DNA of 64,000 nucleotides from the human T2T-CHM13v2.0 reference genome, Homo sapiens (GCF_009914755.1 NC_060945.1); one strand, 5' to 3'; positions 1 through 13,429 are shown, counted from the first letter of the stretch. Translations and numbers: made by a program. The notes: generated from the letters alone by a model not told the origin.

Positions 1-217
1 TTTTAAGACAGCCTGGCTGTCTGAGAGCCACCGGAGTCGAGACTGGATGCCCGGCCTGGTGCCCGTGGGCCAGCACCGCCTGAGGAGGAGGGGTCTCTGG
101 AGGCCACAGGCAGAGCCACTGAGAGGGATCTTTAAGCAGAGGGCCCCACACACCTCCTGGGACCCACGGGTGTGGCTGCCATGCAGGGTCTGGGAGCTAC
201 AGAGAGTCGGGAACCAA

Positions 218-522
218 GGGCGCGGTGGCTCACACCTGTAATCCCAGCACTTTGGGAGGCCAAGGATCACGAGGTCAGGAGATCGAGACCATCCTGGCTC
301 ATACGGTGAAACCCCATCTCCACTAAAAATACAAAAAATTAGCCGGGCGTGGTGGCGGGCGCCTGTGGTCCTAGCTACTCGGGAGGCTGAGGCAGGAGAA
401 TGGAGTGAACCCGGGAGGCGGAGGTTGCAGTGAACCCAGATTGCCCACTGCACTCCAGCCTGGGCAACAGAGCGAGACTCCGTCTCAAAAAAAAAAAAAA
501 AGAAAGAAAAAAAGTAAAAACA
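218..522 (+). mobile_element. Alu (AluY-like)
   Basis: Dimeric Alu with GAGATCGAGACCATCCTGGCT and AGAATGG diagnostic segments and an A-rich tail. TSD agagagtcgggaaccaag (201-218) / agagagtagggagccaag (523-540), 16/18 identical. Confidence 0.95.
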
Positions 523-1457
523 AGAGAGTAGGGAGCCAAGTCCCTGGGTTGCCAAGTCAATCCGTGGAAGCCCCTGACTTCGAGCAGGACACAGGGCCCT
601 AAGGACAGCCCCAGCCCCTGCAGTGTGGCCTGCAATGGGTGTCATTCATTTTGACCTGGCTGTTGTGGTTTTGGGTGGTATTGTTATTTGTTTGAAAAGA
701 AAACACATGGGCTGCGTATGGCATGAGCAAGTACAGACGTCATTGGGATCGGCTAATGAAAATGACAGAGTACTCTAAAGTGACACCTTACAGGGACGTG
801 GTGATGTGGCACCAGGCCCAGTGGCACCAGCACACCACCGTCTCGCTGGCATTTCCACCGTGGTCCCTGTTAAACCAGAAAGAACGAAAGTGTGATGGGG
901 AAAAATAAGTATGTGTTTCTTGTAAAACACAGCTCATTTCAAAACTACTGAGAACAAGGGGACAGTTTGAAATTGGGCAGAGCCCCTTGGGACCAGCTGG
1001 ACCAGGAAGAAGGTCCAATCAGCTCTTCCTCAGGGCCAGGAATCTCTCGGTCACTCCGAGGCCTGGAAGAAAGTTTCCAGAACCTTTTTTTGCACAAATA
1101 AACTGCAGATCTGAAATCAGCAAGAAGGTTCAGGACCTGGGCCCCCAGGATTGGAACCACGGGAGTCTCAGATCCTCAAACTAGCTGGGTTTGCTTCAGT
1201 TTTCTCAGGTGGGACGGGCCACCCTGGGTTTCCCAGGGTGATGTCCCGACAGTGGAGGTGAGATGTCACAGAATGGAGGATGTGATATGATCTGTAACAT
1301 GGAATCCAGCAGAAGCTCCAGCACTTAAAAGACAGGAAGCAGTGGAGGGCCTGGGTGTCCCAGCCTTCATCATTCCCTCACCTGGAGCAGTTGGTGTCCT
1401 CAGGGAAGGTTCTCATTCAGTCCATGCCTGGCAGATCCCATGGAGGTGCCCGGGTGA

Positions 1458-1997
<540 letters not shown>

Positions 1998-2054
1998 TGA
2001 AGTTGGTGTGAGGTGCAGGTGGGACGGCTTTGGGGCAGGCCCCAGTGCAGACGG

Positions 2055-2186
2055 CCCTGCTGCTGCCCCTGCCCGTGCCGCTGCCCCTGCCCCTGCTGCT
2101 GCCCCTGCCCCTGCCCCTGCCCCTGCCGCTGCCTCTGCCCCTGCCCCTGCTGCTGCCCCTGCCCCTGCTGCTGCCTCTGCCCCTGC
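2055..2186. repeat. (CTGCCC)n / (CTG)n mixed simple repeat
   Basis: Directly visible; explains the Cys-Pro, Ala-Pro and Gln-Gly ORFs. Confidence 0.95.
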
Positions 2187-2334
2187 GTTCCTGAGCAGGC
2201 CACCATGCTACTCTTTGGGAGTCCTTTTTCTTCTTTTTAAATGAGGCTTGATTGGCTTAGGGAGAAACAGGAGACACCGCATACCATGCAGTTAAAAATG
2301 AAACTCGGATTAAATGAATATTGAATTCAGTACT

Positions 2335-2752
2335 GTACTGGCTTCCTAGAGCTGCTGAAATGCAAACTGGGGGCTTAAAACCATGGAGACGTATTCCCCC
2401 ACAGTTCTGGGAAGTAGAAGCTCGAATGCCTGTTGGCAGGGCTGAGCTCCTCTGCAGGCTGTGGGGAAGGACCTGTCCCATGCCTCTCCTGGCTCCTGGT
2501 GGCCGCTGGTAAGCCTTGGTGTCCTGTGGCTTGTAGACACATCTCTCCAAGTGCTGCCTCTGCCTCCATCTCCGCGTCTTCCTGCCGCCTCCTTATAACG
2601 ACGGCAGCCATTGGAATGGGGGCCCACCAAAATCCAGTCTGACTTTGTCTTCATTTAACTGATGATATCTTTAAAGATCCTGTTTCCAAATAAGGTCACA
2701 TTCTGAGCATCCAGGGGATGCGAGTTTTGGGGAGACTCGATTCCACGAACAC
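2335..2752 (-). mobile_element. MaLR solo LTR (MLT1B/C-like)
   Basis: ggcttaaaa...cacagttctgg...tttccaaataaggtcacattctgag MLT1 signature. Confidence 0.85.
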
Positions 2753-4067
2753 CAGCATCGAAGAGGGCAGGGCACAGAGATGAAGCTAAGGTCCAGGGCG
2801 CACACACTGATGGGCACCCTTGAAATAACGGCAAGGTTGGTACGGGCACATCTCGATCGGAGGGGCCGAGGGGTGAGGGAGGGTGGGGAGGAGACTCCCA
2901 GAATGGGAGACACCAGCTAAGCAGTGGGGCTGGGAGAGGGCTCCAGGATAACGAGCAGTTGGGCGGGGGACGACACAGGAGAGCACACAGCGGGGGAGCA
3001 GGGCAGGGGACGACAAGGGAGAGAACACGGCCAGCCCAGGATCCTCGCCCTGCCTTCGCCTCGAGCCCCAGACCAGACTCACCCTGACGATGCCTGCTCC
3101 CCATCTACTGCCTCCAGGGACCCCCTATGGGTTCCCCCACTCATAAAGAATGCCGAGGAGTTAGGAATAGGACAAGCACGTGTCCCTCAAGGCTACTGTT
3201 GGGATGCCCAGGACTTGTCTGAGCCCTTCTCTAGACCGGCTGCTCATCCACCCGCTGCCTCTAAAACCAGGTAAGAGAAGGGGAGAGAGAGGGTCAGGAG
3301 ATGCCCTGGCCCAGGAGCAGAAGCTCCCCTGGAGGCCTCGGTCTGTGGGCCTCCTGCAGGCTGCACAGGGGGGGGCCACAGCTGTCCTCACCCAGGGGCC
3401 ATGCCCTCCCAAAAGGAGGCCACCAGAGGCCCCTTGTCCCACATTTTTGGAGTGTGGACAGCCAAACTGGGTCATTCAGACCCAACCTGGTCACTGTGGA
3501 GGGAATGGGCTGTGCCCCACTCCCCACCCAATACCAGGCCGAGGCCAGCAGGTCTGAGGGTCCCTGTGGAGCTCTGTCCTGCCCCAGCCCCGGCCAGCTG
3601 TCCTACTGGCTCCTCTAGTCCTCTTCTTAGGTAAGGCTGAGAAAGTGGGTCAAAGGCAACAACCTCAGAGCCTCTGGCCGCTCCTACCTGAAGGGCCGGG
3701 GCTCTGTGTGGGTGAAGACCGGCAGCTTCCTGGAGTAACCAGAGGGCTGAGCCTCCTCCTTGACTTGTTCGGAGTGTTTCTTCACTGACCGGTTTACCTG
3801 GGTGTGCATACGGAGGGTGAGCCACTGGAACAGTGAAAGCGTCCACCCTTCACTGAGTCAGTCCCTCTCCCGGAAGGGGCCAGGGACAGGGCAGGATGGC
3901 TGGGCATTGCAGGAGATTCTTCCCCTCTGGCCACATTCTCCCCATGCTGGGGAGGTGGGGGTCAGAAGCCCACCAAACAGACGGGGAAGTAGGGACAGGT
4001 GAGCCAGACCGGATAGTGGGGCACCACCCTGTCCCTGGGAACCCCCATGACTGCCTCGTCTCCATCC

Positions 4068-4724
4068 CCTCTAAAATGCCAGGTCCACAAAACCACGGTG
4101 AGATGCCACCGCACACCCATTGGAATGGCTACCATCAAAACACAACAGAAAATTACAAGTGTCTGCAAGGAAGTGGAGAAGCCGGAGCCCTTGTGCACTG
4201 CTGACGGGAATGTGAATGGTGCAGTCGCTGTAGGAAATGGTCGGTGAGTCCTCAGATGGCATGGTGATCCCACAGGCAGTTCACACGAGCAGGAGGTGGG
4301 ACACTCAAACATCCATCCACAGATGAATGGAGACACAGAATGTTCCACAAAATGGAATATTACTCAGCCTTAAAAAGGAAGGAAGTTCTGAGACATGCTA
4401 CAACACAAAGGAACCAGGAGGACATCATGCTGCGTGAACGAAGCTGGTCCCAAGAGGACAAATGCCGTATGGTTCCACGTGCACAAGGTCCCTGGAGTAC
4501 TCAAATCCACAGAGGCAGAAAGTAGAGTGGGAGGTGCTGGGGCTGGGGGAGTGAGTGTTTAATGGGTTCAGAGTTTCAGTTTGGGAAGAGGGAAAAGTTT
4601 GGAGGTGGATGGTGGTGATGGTTACACAGCAGTGTCAATGAACTTAACGTCACCAAACTGTGTGCTTTCAGATGGTTAAAATAGTAAATTTTATGTTATG
4701 TGTATTTTACTGCAATAAAAAAAT
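4068..4724 (+). mobile_element. Old L1 3' end (L1MB-like)
   Basis: ORF2 C-terminal remnant plus 3'UTR (tggaatattactcagccttaaaaaggaaggaa...tttatgttatgtgtattttactgcaataaaaaa). Confidence 0.9.
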
Positions 4725-5291
4725 GTTAAGCCAGGTCCCATAGTTCAGCAAGAACCAAAAGGGCCACAGGACCTCCCAGTAGCTCCCTGCCCCGTCCTTA
4801 GAAACCTGAGCCCCCTCTGGCACGGAGGGAGGCCTGGCACAAGAGGCTGGCAGTGGGGTGGGCCTTGGCAGCCCACCTGCAGCCTGGCCTGGGCTCCACA
4901 TCTGCGAGGACTACACCGGGTGCTCCCAGGAGCTCCGAGTTCTCAAGAGACACCTCAGCTTTCTCATCCCCAAAACCTCCTTCTCTCCATTCGGAGCGTC
5001 TCCCCTGAACCCGACATGCTTCCCCAGTGGGAACTATGCTCTCCCCTGCCCCACCCCGGTGGACGGGTCCTGCTGCTGCCCTGACACCCTGGCACTTCAG
5101 GCAGCCACTGGAAGGGCCCAGAACCAGGAGCACAGGTGCTCCTGAGCCATGCCCAGCCACCCCCGGTGGGGGCAAGCTCCGTGGCTGCGCCACGCCCTGG
5201 AGGGCTTTAGAAAGCAGCTGTGTTTGCTTTGCCCCTAGATGTCACTTAGAAACAGTGTGTCCCATAATTGTTTTCTGGGGATATTTTTGGC

Positions 5292-5588
<297 letters not shown>

Positions 5589-5671
5589 ATGTCCCATAAT
5601 TGAATCTGTGCTACCAAATTTATATTTTATAAATATATATTTTTAAAAATTCCAGTTTGTAGCAAAGATGG

Positions 5672-5803
5672 TACTGTGGTTTGAAAGTGTTCCCCAAAGT
5701 TCATGTGTCGGAAGCTTGATCCCCAACATGGCCGTGTTGGGAGATGCGGTCTCATGGGAGGTGTTTGGACCGCAGGGGCACGACCCTCACAAGTGGGTTA
5801 ATA
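5672..5803 (+). mobile_element. Partial MST LTR (duplicate of the 5' part of the LTR at 7349)
   Basis: Ungapped alignment to 7349-7480, including the same upstream flank. Confidence 0.85.
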
Positions 5804-5929
5804 TTTTATTACAGCAAATATATACTAAGTTTGTTGGCCTTTGTTGGGCCTGTTTATTACATCTTGGATTTTCAGTGACTTTTTTTCTTCTACCTTAGTT
5901 TAAAACAGTGCACATGAAAGGATTTAGAA

Positions 5930-7100
5930 TTTTAAAACTTTTTTCTTGATGATAAAATGGAATATATGATTATTATAAAAAATATATATGAAAATAATAA
6001 TACTAACATATAAGAAATAATTCATAATTCTACCACTCAGATATCATCACTCAGTATTTTGGTGCATTTTTTTCTAGTTGAATAGATGTAAATTTTTAAA
6101 AAATAAATTTGGATTGTACCCCATATGAACACTCTTATAGCCTCTCTTTCTATTTGTAGAAAGAGAATTCCATGTATCATATATAATTTAAATACATTAT
6201 TCTTAATATCTAATATCTCATGTTTAACATGTAACATTCCCATTTATTTAACATTTCTATTTGTAGACATTATTGTTTCTACACGTTACTATAAACAGTG
6301 TTATTGTGAGCATCTTTCCCAAAACTCTTAATTCCTATGTGAAATTTTTCCCTAGGATAAAGCCTTAAAAATGGAATTACCAAGTGAAAGAGGATAAAGT
6401 GTCTTAAAGCCTTTGATATATGTTGCCAAACTGCTGGGGCACCCCTGACCTTAAACTGTGCCAACATTTAAGAATTTTCATTTTAAAAATATTTTGCTAA
6501 GTTCAGAAGTGGAAAATAATATCTGTATTAGTTCCCTAGGGCAGCCATAACAAAGTATAAAAAACAGGCAGTTCTAAACAACAGAAATGTGTCCTCCCAC
6601 AGTTCTGGAGCCAGATGTCTGAAATCTGTGTGGGCAAGGCCATGTTCCCTCTTCAGCCTCCTGGCGAGATTCCTTTCATGCCTCTTCCAGCTTCTGGAGG
6701 TTCTCAGGGACACCTGTCAGTCGTTGGCTTACAGATCCCTCATCCAGTCTCCGCCACCATCTTCAGATGGGCCGGCTTTTCCCGGGGCCTCCCTCTCTTC
6801 TTATAAGGACACCAGGCATTCTGTATTTAGGACCCAGCCTACTCCAGTATGGTCTCACTCTAACTAGTTAATCTGCAACCACCCTATTTCCAAATAAGGC
6901 CATGTTCTTAGGTACAGGAGGTGAGGACTTAACATACCTTTCAGTAGGGGGACACAGTTCAATCCGTAATAGCATGCATTTATTGTAATGGGCACTTCTT
7001 GGATTTCCTTATGGAAAGTGATTCTTCTCTTCATGTTCATTGGCCATTTGTGTTTCTTTTGAGTGTCAGTTCTTATTTTCTGCTCCGTTTTCTATTAGTG
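5930..7100 (-). mobile_element. Degraded old L1 (L1ME-like), interrupted by an MLT1 LTR
   Basis: AT-rich; ctaggataaagcc...tggaattacc...ttgatatatgttgccaaactgc and tcatgttcattggccatttgtgtttctt resemble antisense L1 ORF2 end. Confidence 0.65.
6524..6971 (-). mobile_element. MaLR solo LTR (MLT1B/C-like)
   Basis: tgtattagttccctagggcagccataacaaa...ccctatttccaaataagg...ggggacacagttcaatcc. Confidence 0.9.
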
Positions 7101-7104
7101 GGTC

Positions 7105-7880
7105 TCAGTCAAGGCTCCCTTTATTGTGAGAGGCAGAAATGCAACTGAAACTGGTTCAAGCTAAAAGGAGAGTTGGTGGTTAACATAACTAAAGGGCCCA
7201 GGATACTACAGGCTTCAGGCTGAGCTCGACCCAGGCTCACACAATGTTTATCTGTTCTATTCCCTTTTTTCAGCAGCATCCCTCAGTTCTACTTCCCTGC
7301 CTTGGCTTTGTTCTCAGGCAGGCTCATTCCAGTTTGTAGCAAAGATGGTGCTATGCTTTGAAAGTGCCCCCCAAAGTTCATGTGTCAGAAGCTTGATCCC
7401 CATCATGGCAATGGTGGGAGGTGGGGCCTAATGGGAGGTGCTTGGGTCATAGGGGTACGACCCTCACAAGTGGATTAATACCATTATCTCAAGAGTGCGT
7501 TCCTTATAAAAGGACAAGTTTGGCCCCATCTTGCGCTCTCTCTTTCTCTCTCTCCCCCTCTCTTTGTGTGTGTGTGTGTGTGTGTGTGTGCTCTCACTTT
7601 CTCACTCTTGCCCTTCTGCCTTCCACCTTGGGATGCCGCAGCAAGAAGGCCCTAACTAGATGCCAGTGCCATGCTCTTGGACTTCCCAGCCTCCCCAGGA
7701 CATCTCTGTTCATTATAGATTACCCAGACTGTGATATTTTGTTATAGCTGCACAAAGCAGACTAAGACAGGTAGCTAACATCCTACTAGTTCACCGTCTA
7801 CAGAGAAAGCATATCTTTTCCCTGATAGTCCCAGCCACGGTCCCAGGCAAGCCCTTCATTGGCCAGGTTTATGTCATGTT
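7105..7880. mobile_element. Old MaLR LTR (MLT1K/L-like) split by a nested MST LTR
   Basis: cagaaatgcaactgaaactggttcaagctaaaagg...ggcttcaggctgagctcgacccagg; resumes after 7770. Confidence 0.6.
7349..7769 (+). mobile_element. MaLR solo LTR (MSTD/MST-like) with internal (TC)n(TG)n
   Basis: tgctatgctttgaaagtgcccc start and gcagactaagaca end. Confidence 0.9.
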
Positions 7881-8129
7881 TAATCTCTGGAGGTGAAGAA
7901 TTTAGGTCAGCACACCCAAATCATCTGGACTAAGGGCAGGAGGGGGTGGTTTACTGGGGGCTATTACAAAGGAAGGAGCCACAGATTCCTTTGCACGGGC
8001 AAAATCAAAAGATGGGCCCCTAGTAAGGAAATGCTTATTTATTCTGAGAACTCTTTTTATATTAAAGGCATGAATCCTTTACCTCTTTCTTCCATGGTTT
8101 TTTCTTAGTTATTTGTCTCTGTGGGTTTT

Positions 8130-8500
8130 TTTTACAGGAGGCCAAACGCTGCCTTGTGAGTGTGGCATTCCTGGGGCACATTTGCCATATAGCATCACTG
8201 CATAATAACGTCCAACAGGAGCATATTGCCAAGACACATTCTCTGGGCGTGAACAAAAAAACAAACCTGTGGCTAGTACTTCAGTCAGTGAATTGGCATT
8301 CGAAAGCGTGTCGTCATTAGTACAGACGTCAGCGGTGAATGAGAAAGCAAAGAACCCGTGGCTGCACCTAATAAAAGGCCGGCAGGGAGATAAAAGCTAC
8401 CGTGGTTGTGCAATGATGGGACAAAATGCCCAGGGTCACTGGTCCAGGTGCAGGTTTTGAGTCCTCACTCAAAAATGAGATAAGGAATGTGACTTTGAAC
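8130..8500. promoter_or_regulatory. Candidate enhancer (TEAD, GATA, C/EBP, CRE-like, HOX13/CDX motifs)
   Basis: CATTCC 8166, CGTCA 8312, GACGTCA 8325, TAATAAAA 8369, AGATAA 8388 and 8478, TTGTGCAAT 8406, GGAATG 8484, in sequence with no recognisable repeat. Confidence 0.45.
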
Positions 8501-9329
8501 TCATTAGCCTTTTGATCAGGCTATGAACTAAAGGCAAATAGAACAGGTGGCCTGACCCCTGCCAGAGACTGGCACTGCCTGCGAGGTAGGAGCTCCCAGG
8601 TGGGCAGGGACCAGAGGTCAGTGACTTGGTGCACCCTCCACTCATGGGGCCGGGCCGGCAGTTCTCCCTCCTTCCTCTTCTCCTCCCCCTCCACGGGGGA
8701 GATTCTAAAACCCCCAGGAGGATGTCCCTGGTAACACTGCTTCTCCCTTTTCACGTCAGGCCCCAAGCCCTGTTTAGATCCCAGGGTAACAGCACTGAGC
8801 AGTGGAAGAGCCCTTGCTACGTGGCCACCCAGCCGTGGGCCCAGGGAGGACGCGTTCCTTTTTGCACAGCTGGCCGGAGAAGCTGCTGTGCGTCAGGGCC
8901 AGGCCTGTGGCTGGGAGAGCAACAAAGTGTAGGGAGGGTCACGGGGCAACTGTGGCCCACGTTACTGCCCAGACGGTGCCCCCTGTCCTGGAAGGAGGCG
9001 TCCCCTCACAACCCCTGCCCAGGAAGGAGGTGTCGGGGCTGACAGCAGCACCTGGGAGGTGACTTGGAGGGTCTGGGGTTGGGGGGTTGACAAGGGCGTG
9101 AACAGTTGGGAGATGGGTGAATTAGAAAGGGGCAACCAAACAAGTCAAGCATCTTCCCAAATGTTTCAAGGTTTAAGAGGGCGTTGTAACACACAATGGT
9201 GTGTGAGTGTGTGTGTGCACATCCCTCTATGTGCATACATCTCTGTGCACACGTGTGCATCTGTGTGTGATGTACACGCTCACACATGTGCTAGCAGAGG
9301 AAGCACAGGGAGAGGCTCACAGGCCTGAG

Positions 9330-9337
9330 TGACGTCA
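9330..9337. promoter_or_regulatory. Perfect palindromic CRE (TGACGTCA)
   Basis: Exact motif; function unproven. Confidence 0.4.
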
Positions 9338-10276
9338 GAGACAGGTATGGCCCACAGGGCGGTCTGGCAGAAGCTGGCCTGGTACTTGCCTGGCTCCCCG
9401 GCCTCACCCCCTAACCCAGGGTGCAGGTTCCAGCCGCCCTCTCTCCAGGGCAGGGCAGGACACCCTGAGTGCTCAGTGGGCTTCTTGGCCCTCAGTCCCC
9501 AGAAGGTGAGGGTCCCCATCCTCCTGGGTGCCCCCTACCCCAGCTCCTGAGCCACATGGTCATGGACTGGGGAAGCAGAGTCCAGACTCTAAGGAGGGGT
9601 TTCTTTGTCATCTTCCAACTCAGGACCCTTGGGCCAATCGGAGCAGCTCAGCCTCAGTTTCTCTCTTCTTCATCTCCTGTGTACTTGAGGGGCCTCCCGA
9701 GGGCTGCTCCCTTCCCAGATGAGGCTGAAGTAAACCCTGTCATACAGGTGGGTGGGTCCCTGGAGGGGACAGGCCATGCTAAAGCCACCAAGCCCCCAAA
9801 AGTGCGAAAGGATGAACAGGAGGGCGGCGGGGCAGAGCTGGGTGCCTTGGAGTGGGGTGGGGGCTGGATTCGGGGGTGGGAAGAGCAGAGCACCTTCCCT
9901 GCACGGGGAGGGTGCCCCTTCCTCTGCACAGACCCGCCTGCCCCCTCCACTCCGCGTGGCCCAGGGGAGCCAGGCCTGGAAGGATGTCGTGGGCGACGCT
10001 AGCTTGGAGTGACTCCTTTTATGGGGAAACTTTGGAACTTCATCTGAGAAAGCCTTGTGCTAACCCAGGGCCCCGCCTCTGGCCAGGGCAAGACAAGGAA
10101 GCCATCCACAGTCTTCAAGACTGTTGCTCCCGGGACGGTGCCATTTCCTGTGGGAGCTTCAACACTCAGAACTCACCCTGGCATGCAGGAGGCTCACATG
10201 ACGCCCTTGTCAAAGAAGCTGATGGGTGATTTAATTAGTGAACAAATGATTCACGAGCAAAGAACCAAAATCTCTC

Positions 10277-10645
10277 CGTGTGTGCCTGCATCTGTGCTTG
10301 CGTGTGTGCGTGTTTGTGTATGCTTGTGTGCACTACACGCAAGTGTGTGTATCTGTGTATATGTTTTCTTGTGCACGCCTATGGATTTGGTTATGTGCAG
10401 ATATTTGCTTTGTGCACGTGGGCATGCGTAGGTGTGTGCATGTGGGTTTGCCGTATGCATGTGTGTTTGTGTTGTCAGGTGAATGCAGGCATGTACTCGT
10501 GTGTATGAGTTACTGTGTGCATGTGTGTGATTTTGTGAGTGCTTGTGTTTGTGTATGCGAGTTTGTGTGTACATGTGTTTGTGTGTGTGGATCCATGCGT
10601 ATGCACGTGTCTCTGTGGGTGGGTCCGTGTGTGTGCACATGTGTG
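10277..10645. repeat. TG-rich low-complexity tract
   Basis: Degenerate (TG)n/(TGCA) sequence; a shorter one lies at ~9198-9290. Confidence 0.9.
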
Positions 10646-11639
10646 CTCTCCTTTAAGCTCACCCCTGGCCAAGCCTCTTGGAGCCCAGGGCTGCCCAGGA
10701 ACTTTGTGGAGCATTTAGGGGTGTTTCAGTCAAGTTGGAAACAGGCTGGGGAGGGATGGATTTGTTGTGACCTGGAGGAGCGGGTAGATGACCTCACCCA
10801 GTTGCACACAGAGGGCGTGGGTTAGGCACCATGTACTTAAACTTGGCATTGAAGTAGAATGGACATTCTGGAAGGAGACGTGACAGGGATTTTCACCCCC
10901 ACAAACGCTCACAAGGGAACTGCCCCCAGGGAGCTGTCCAGATACCCCTCCAACCCTCCAGTCACCCCCACTCCCCTGGAAGCATTATCCACTGCGGGCA
11001 CTTTGTGTGGCCAGAATGGAGAACCCTGCAGCTTCTTCATGTGGCGTTTCCTCTGCCCACCCTCCCAGCTCCAGCTGGCCCGGTGCCTCCAGGCACCAGC
11101 CCTCAGCAGCACCACCCACTCAAGGGTTCATGACAGATGGGTCCAAGCAGGGAAAAGTGGACCCAAGGACTCTGAGCAGGAAGGGATTGAACACAGGGAA
11201 GGGGTATCACAGGACCCAGGATGGGCTGCAGACTCCAGACGGGCCTCCTGGGAGACTCAGGCACAGAGTGCCGCCCCACCAGGCACTGTCACCACGGCAG
11301 CCCCCCCGGAGCCGTGCCGGGAGCATAAAGCCACCAGGGCCGCTGCGTTGCCACTGCCTTGCACCCCCGGGAGCTGGGGAACAGACCCGCACAGCCGTGA
11401 CCACCTGAAAGCCAGATGAGCCAGGGGAAGCAGCTGCGCCTGCAGCCACCCCCACTCCAGCACATGGAGAACGCGGCAGGACAAGCTGGTGTCTCCGTGG
11501 GGTGCCCCCGTTGTCCCCACGTCTCACATACACTCGCCTGATGGGTGGCCTTCCCCACATCCGGGACCCTGGCTAGAGTCTGAAAGGCGGCTGCCCACGT
11601 CCCAGCTGCCCCTGAGCAGGGAGGCCGGCAGGGGATGCA

Positions 11640-12100
11640 CGGCGAGTTCTCTCAGTGGTCGGCCGGGCCCCAGCCCCCTGGGTGCTGCGAGGGGACCCTG
11701 TGAGCCTGCTGATGGCCAGTGAGCCGCGGTCCTCTGGTCCTAGCCGGCCTCGGGTCTGTGGTCCTCCGGGCAGGACGTGTCTGGCAGGCCAGAGGCGGCT
11801 CCTGTGTGCGCGGAACAGCCGCTTTTACAGGGGCGTCGGCTCGTGGCGCTGGCAGGGCTTCTGTCGCACCAGCCCTCGGCCCGCGGCAAATGCCGAATGC
11901 CGGTGCTGGGAACGGAAGTGGGAAATGACGGGGGGTGCGGGGGAGCGGCCCTGACTGGGACTGTACGGGGACGCATGGGGGTGCGGGCACTTGAGGGAGG
12001 AAGCAGCAGAGGGAGGTGTGTGGATGTGTGTGTGTGCGTGACTGGGGTGTGAGCGTGCCCACTGTGGGTGTGCCCGTGTGTGTGGCTGTGAGGCGTGAGT
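11640..12100 (+). promoter_or_regulatory. CpG-rich promoter/enhancer candidate
   Basis: High CpG density; ETS site CGGAAGT 11913-11919 abutting GGAAATGACG 11921-11930; GC/GT boxes. Confidence 0.5.
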
Positions 12101-13429
12101 GCAGGCGTGAAGTGTCTGGGAGTGGGAGCGGGCATGAGTGTGTGCCACGGGCCTGCTGTTGGGTCCTTGGAGGCCACGGTTGCCCCTGAAGGGACTGCAA
12201 GCTCTTTTTTGATTTGTAGTTATTTGAGAAGTCTATACAGGAAGAAAATTAAACCGCATTTACTAAATACAATAAAATTACAGGAAGACAGAATTGTCCC
12301 CAAATTACAAACATGTGGCCCGAGTTGCTCCACGACAGCTCAGCCCCAGACCATGCAGTGGAGATGGCAGCCCCGAGCCCCGGGCCCATCTCCTGCTCCC
12401 CACTGAGGTGACACAGGACCCCTGTAAGGCAGGACCCCAGAGCCCCGCACAGGAGGGGGGGCTGTGTGGGGGGAGGGACCCCTGCCTGCTGTCCCTGCCC
12501 AGCCTGCGGTCCCGCCCCCACCAGGCAGCGGACCCTGGACTGCTCATGATCACGGCCTCACCTGGAAAGCTGCTATGGGCTGGTCTGAGCCTCTTCCCTC
12601 TTTCCGGGAAATCTGAGGCCCACCAGCAGCGGGCAGCAGGTCATGGGTATGGTCGCGGACTTGGAGGCCCAGGAAGGCCACCAAGGAGCAGGAAGGGCCG
12701 TGTCCTGGGATCAGAGTCTAGGCCAGAGACCCTTCCCAAGGCTGTCACCCAGGAGGGAGATGATGGGAAGTGACAGTGGGGCCCAGGCTGGAAGTGAGAG
12801 GGGCCGGGCCTGTGGCGGAGTAAGAGCTGGCTTGGAGTGGGCAGAGGCCAAGGCAGCCGGGTGGGCACCAGACTTGGGAGATGCTCGGCCTCGCACCGAG
12901 AAAGGGGGGGCGCTGGGGCCAAGTGCCCACTGCCCGGAGAGCAGGGCTGGGTCCTCAAGGGCCCCCTGCTTTTGGATGTTGTGCAGCCACTGAAGCTGAA
13001 GCCCAGTCGCCCCGGCTCCACGGTCCAGACTCCCAGCAGGTGGCCACCCCTGACCACCTACTCTGAAATCCAGGCACATCCTGGCACCACCCGGCCAAGA
13101 GCCCACATGGCCCCGGGGCATTCATCTCACTGGGCAGGGGCAGCCTCCGACCTCATCCCAGCTCAGTAGGTGCTCGCGGTGCCCTCCTAAACGCCAGCCA
13201 TGAGCTTGAGCGAACGCCAGTGTGTCGTGAGGCTGAGCACAGCCTGGCCCCTCCACTCCGGCTCCTGGTGGCTGTCTGCTGTGTCCCCTATCGGGGAAGA
13301 GGTTTCTCTTTGGCCCAAGCCCACCTGCCCCTGCCTGAGGGAGCCCTCAGCCACTACGCTCAGCCCGTCAGAAACCTGAGAGCTCATGTCCACGACAGGG
13401 CCAGCCAGTGGGGAGAGGACCCGGGGCTC

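Noticed and set aside
1220-1240. 9-bp hairpin CACCCTGGG-TTT-CCCAGGGTG
   Set aside because: Within chance expectation; too short for a pre-miRNA.
2013-2240. Cys/Pro-rich ORF resembling a keratin-associated protein or metallothionein
   Set aside because: It is a translation of a (CTGCCC)n simple repeat, open in several frames, with a non-ATG start and no KRTAP termini.
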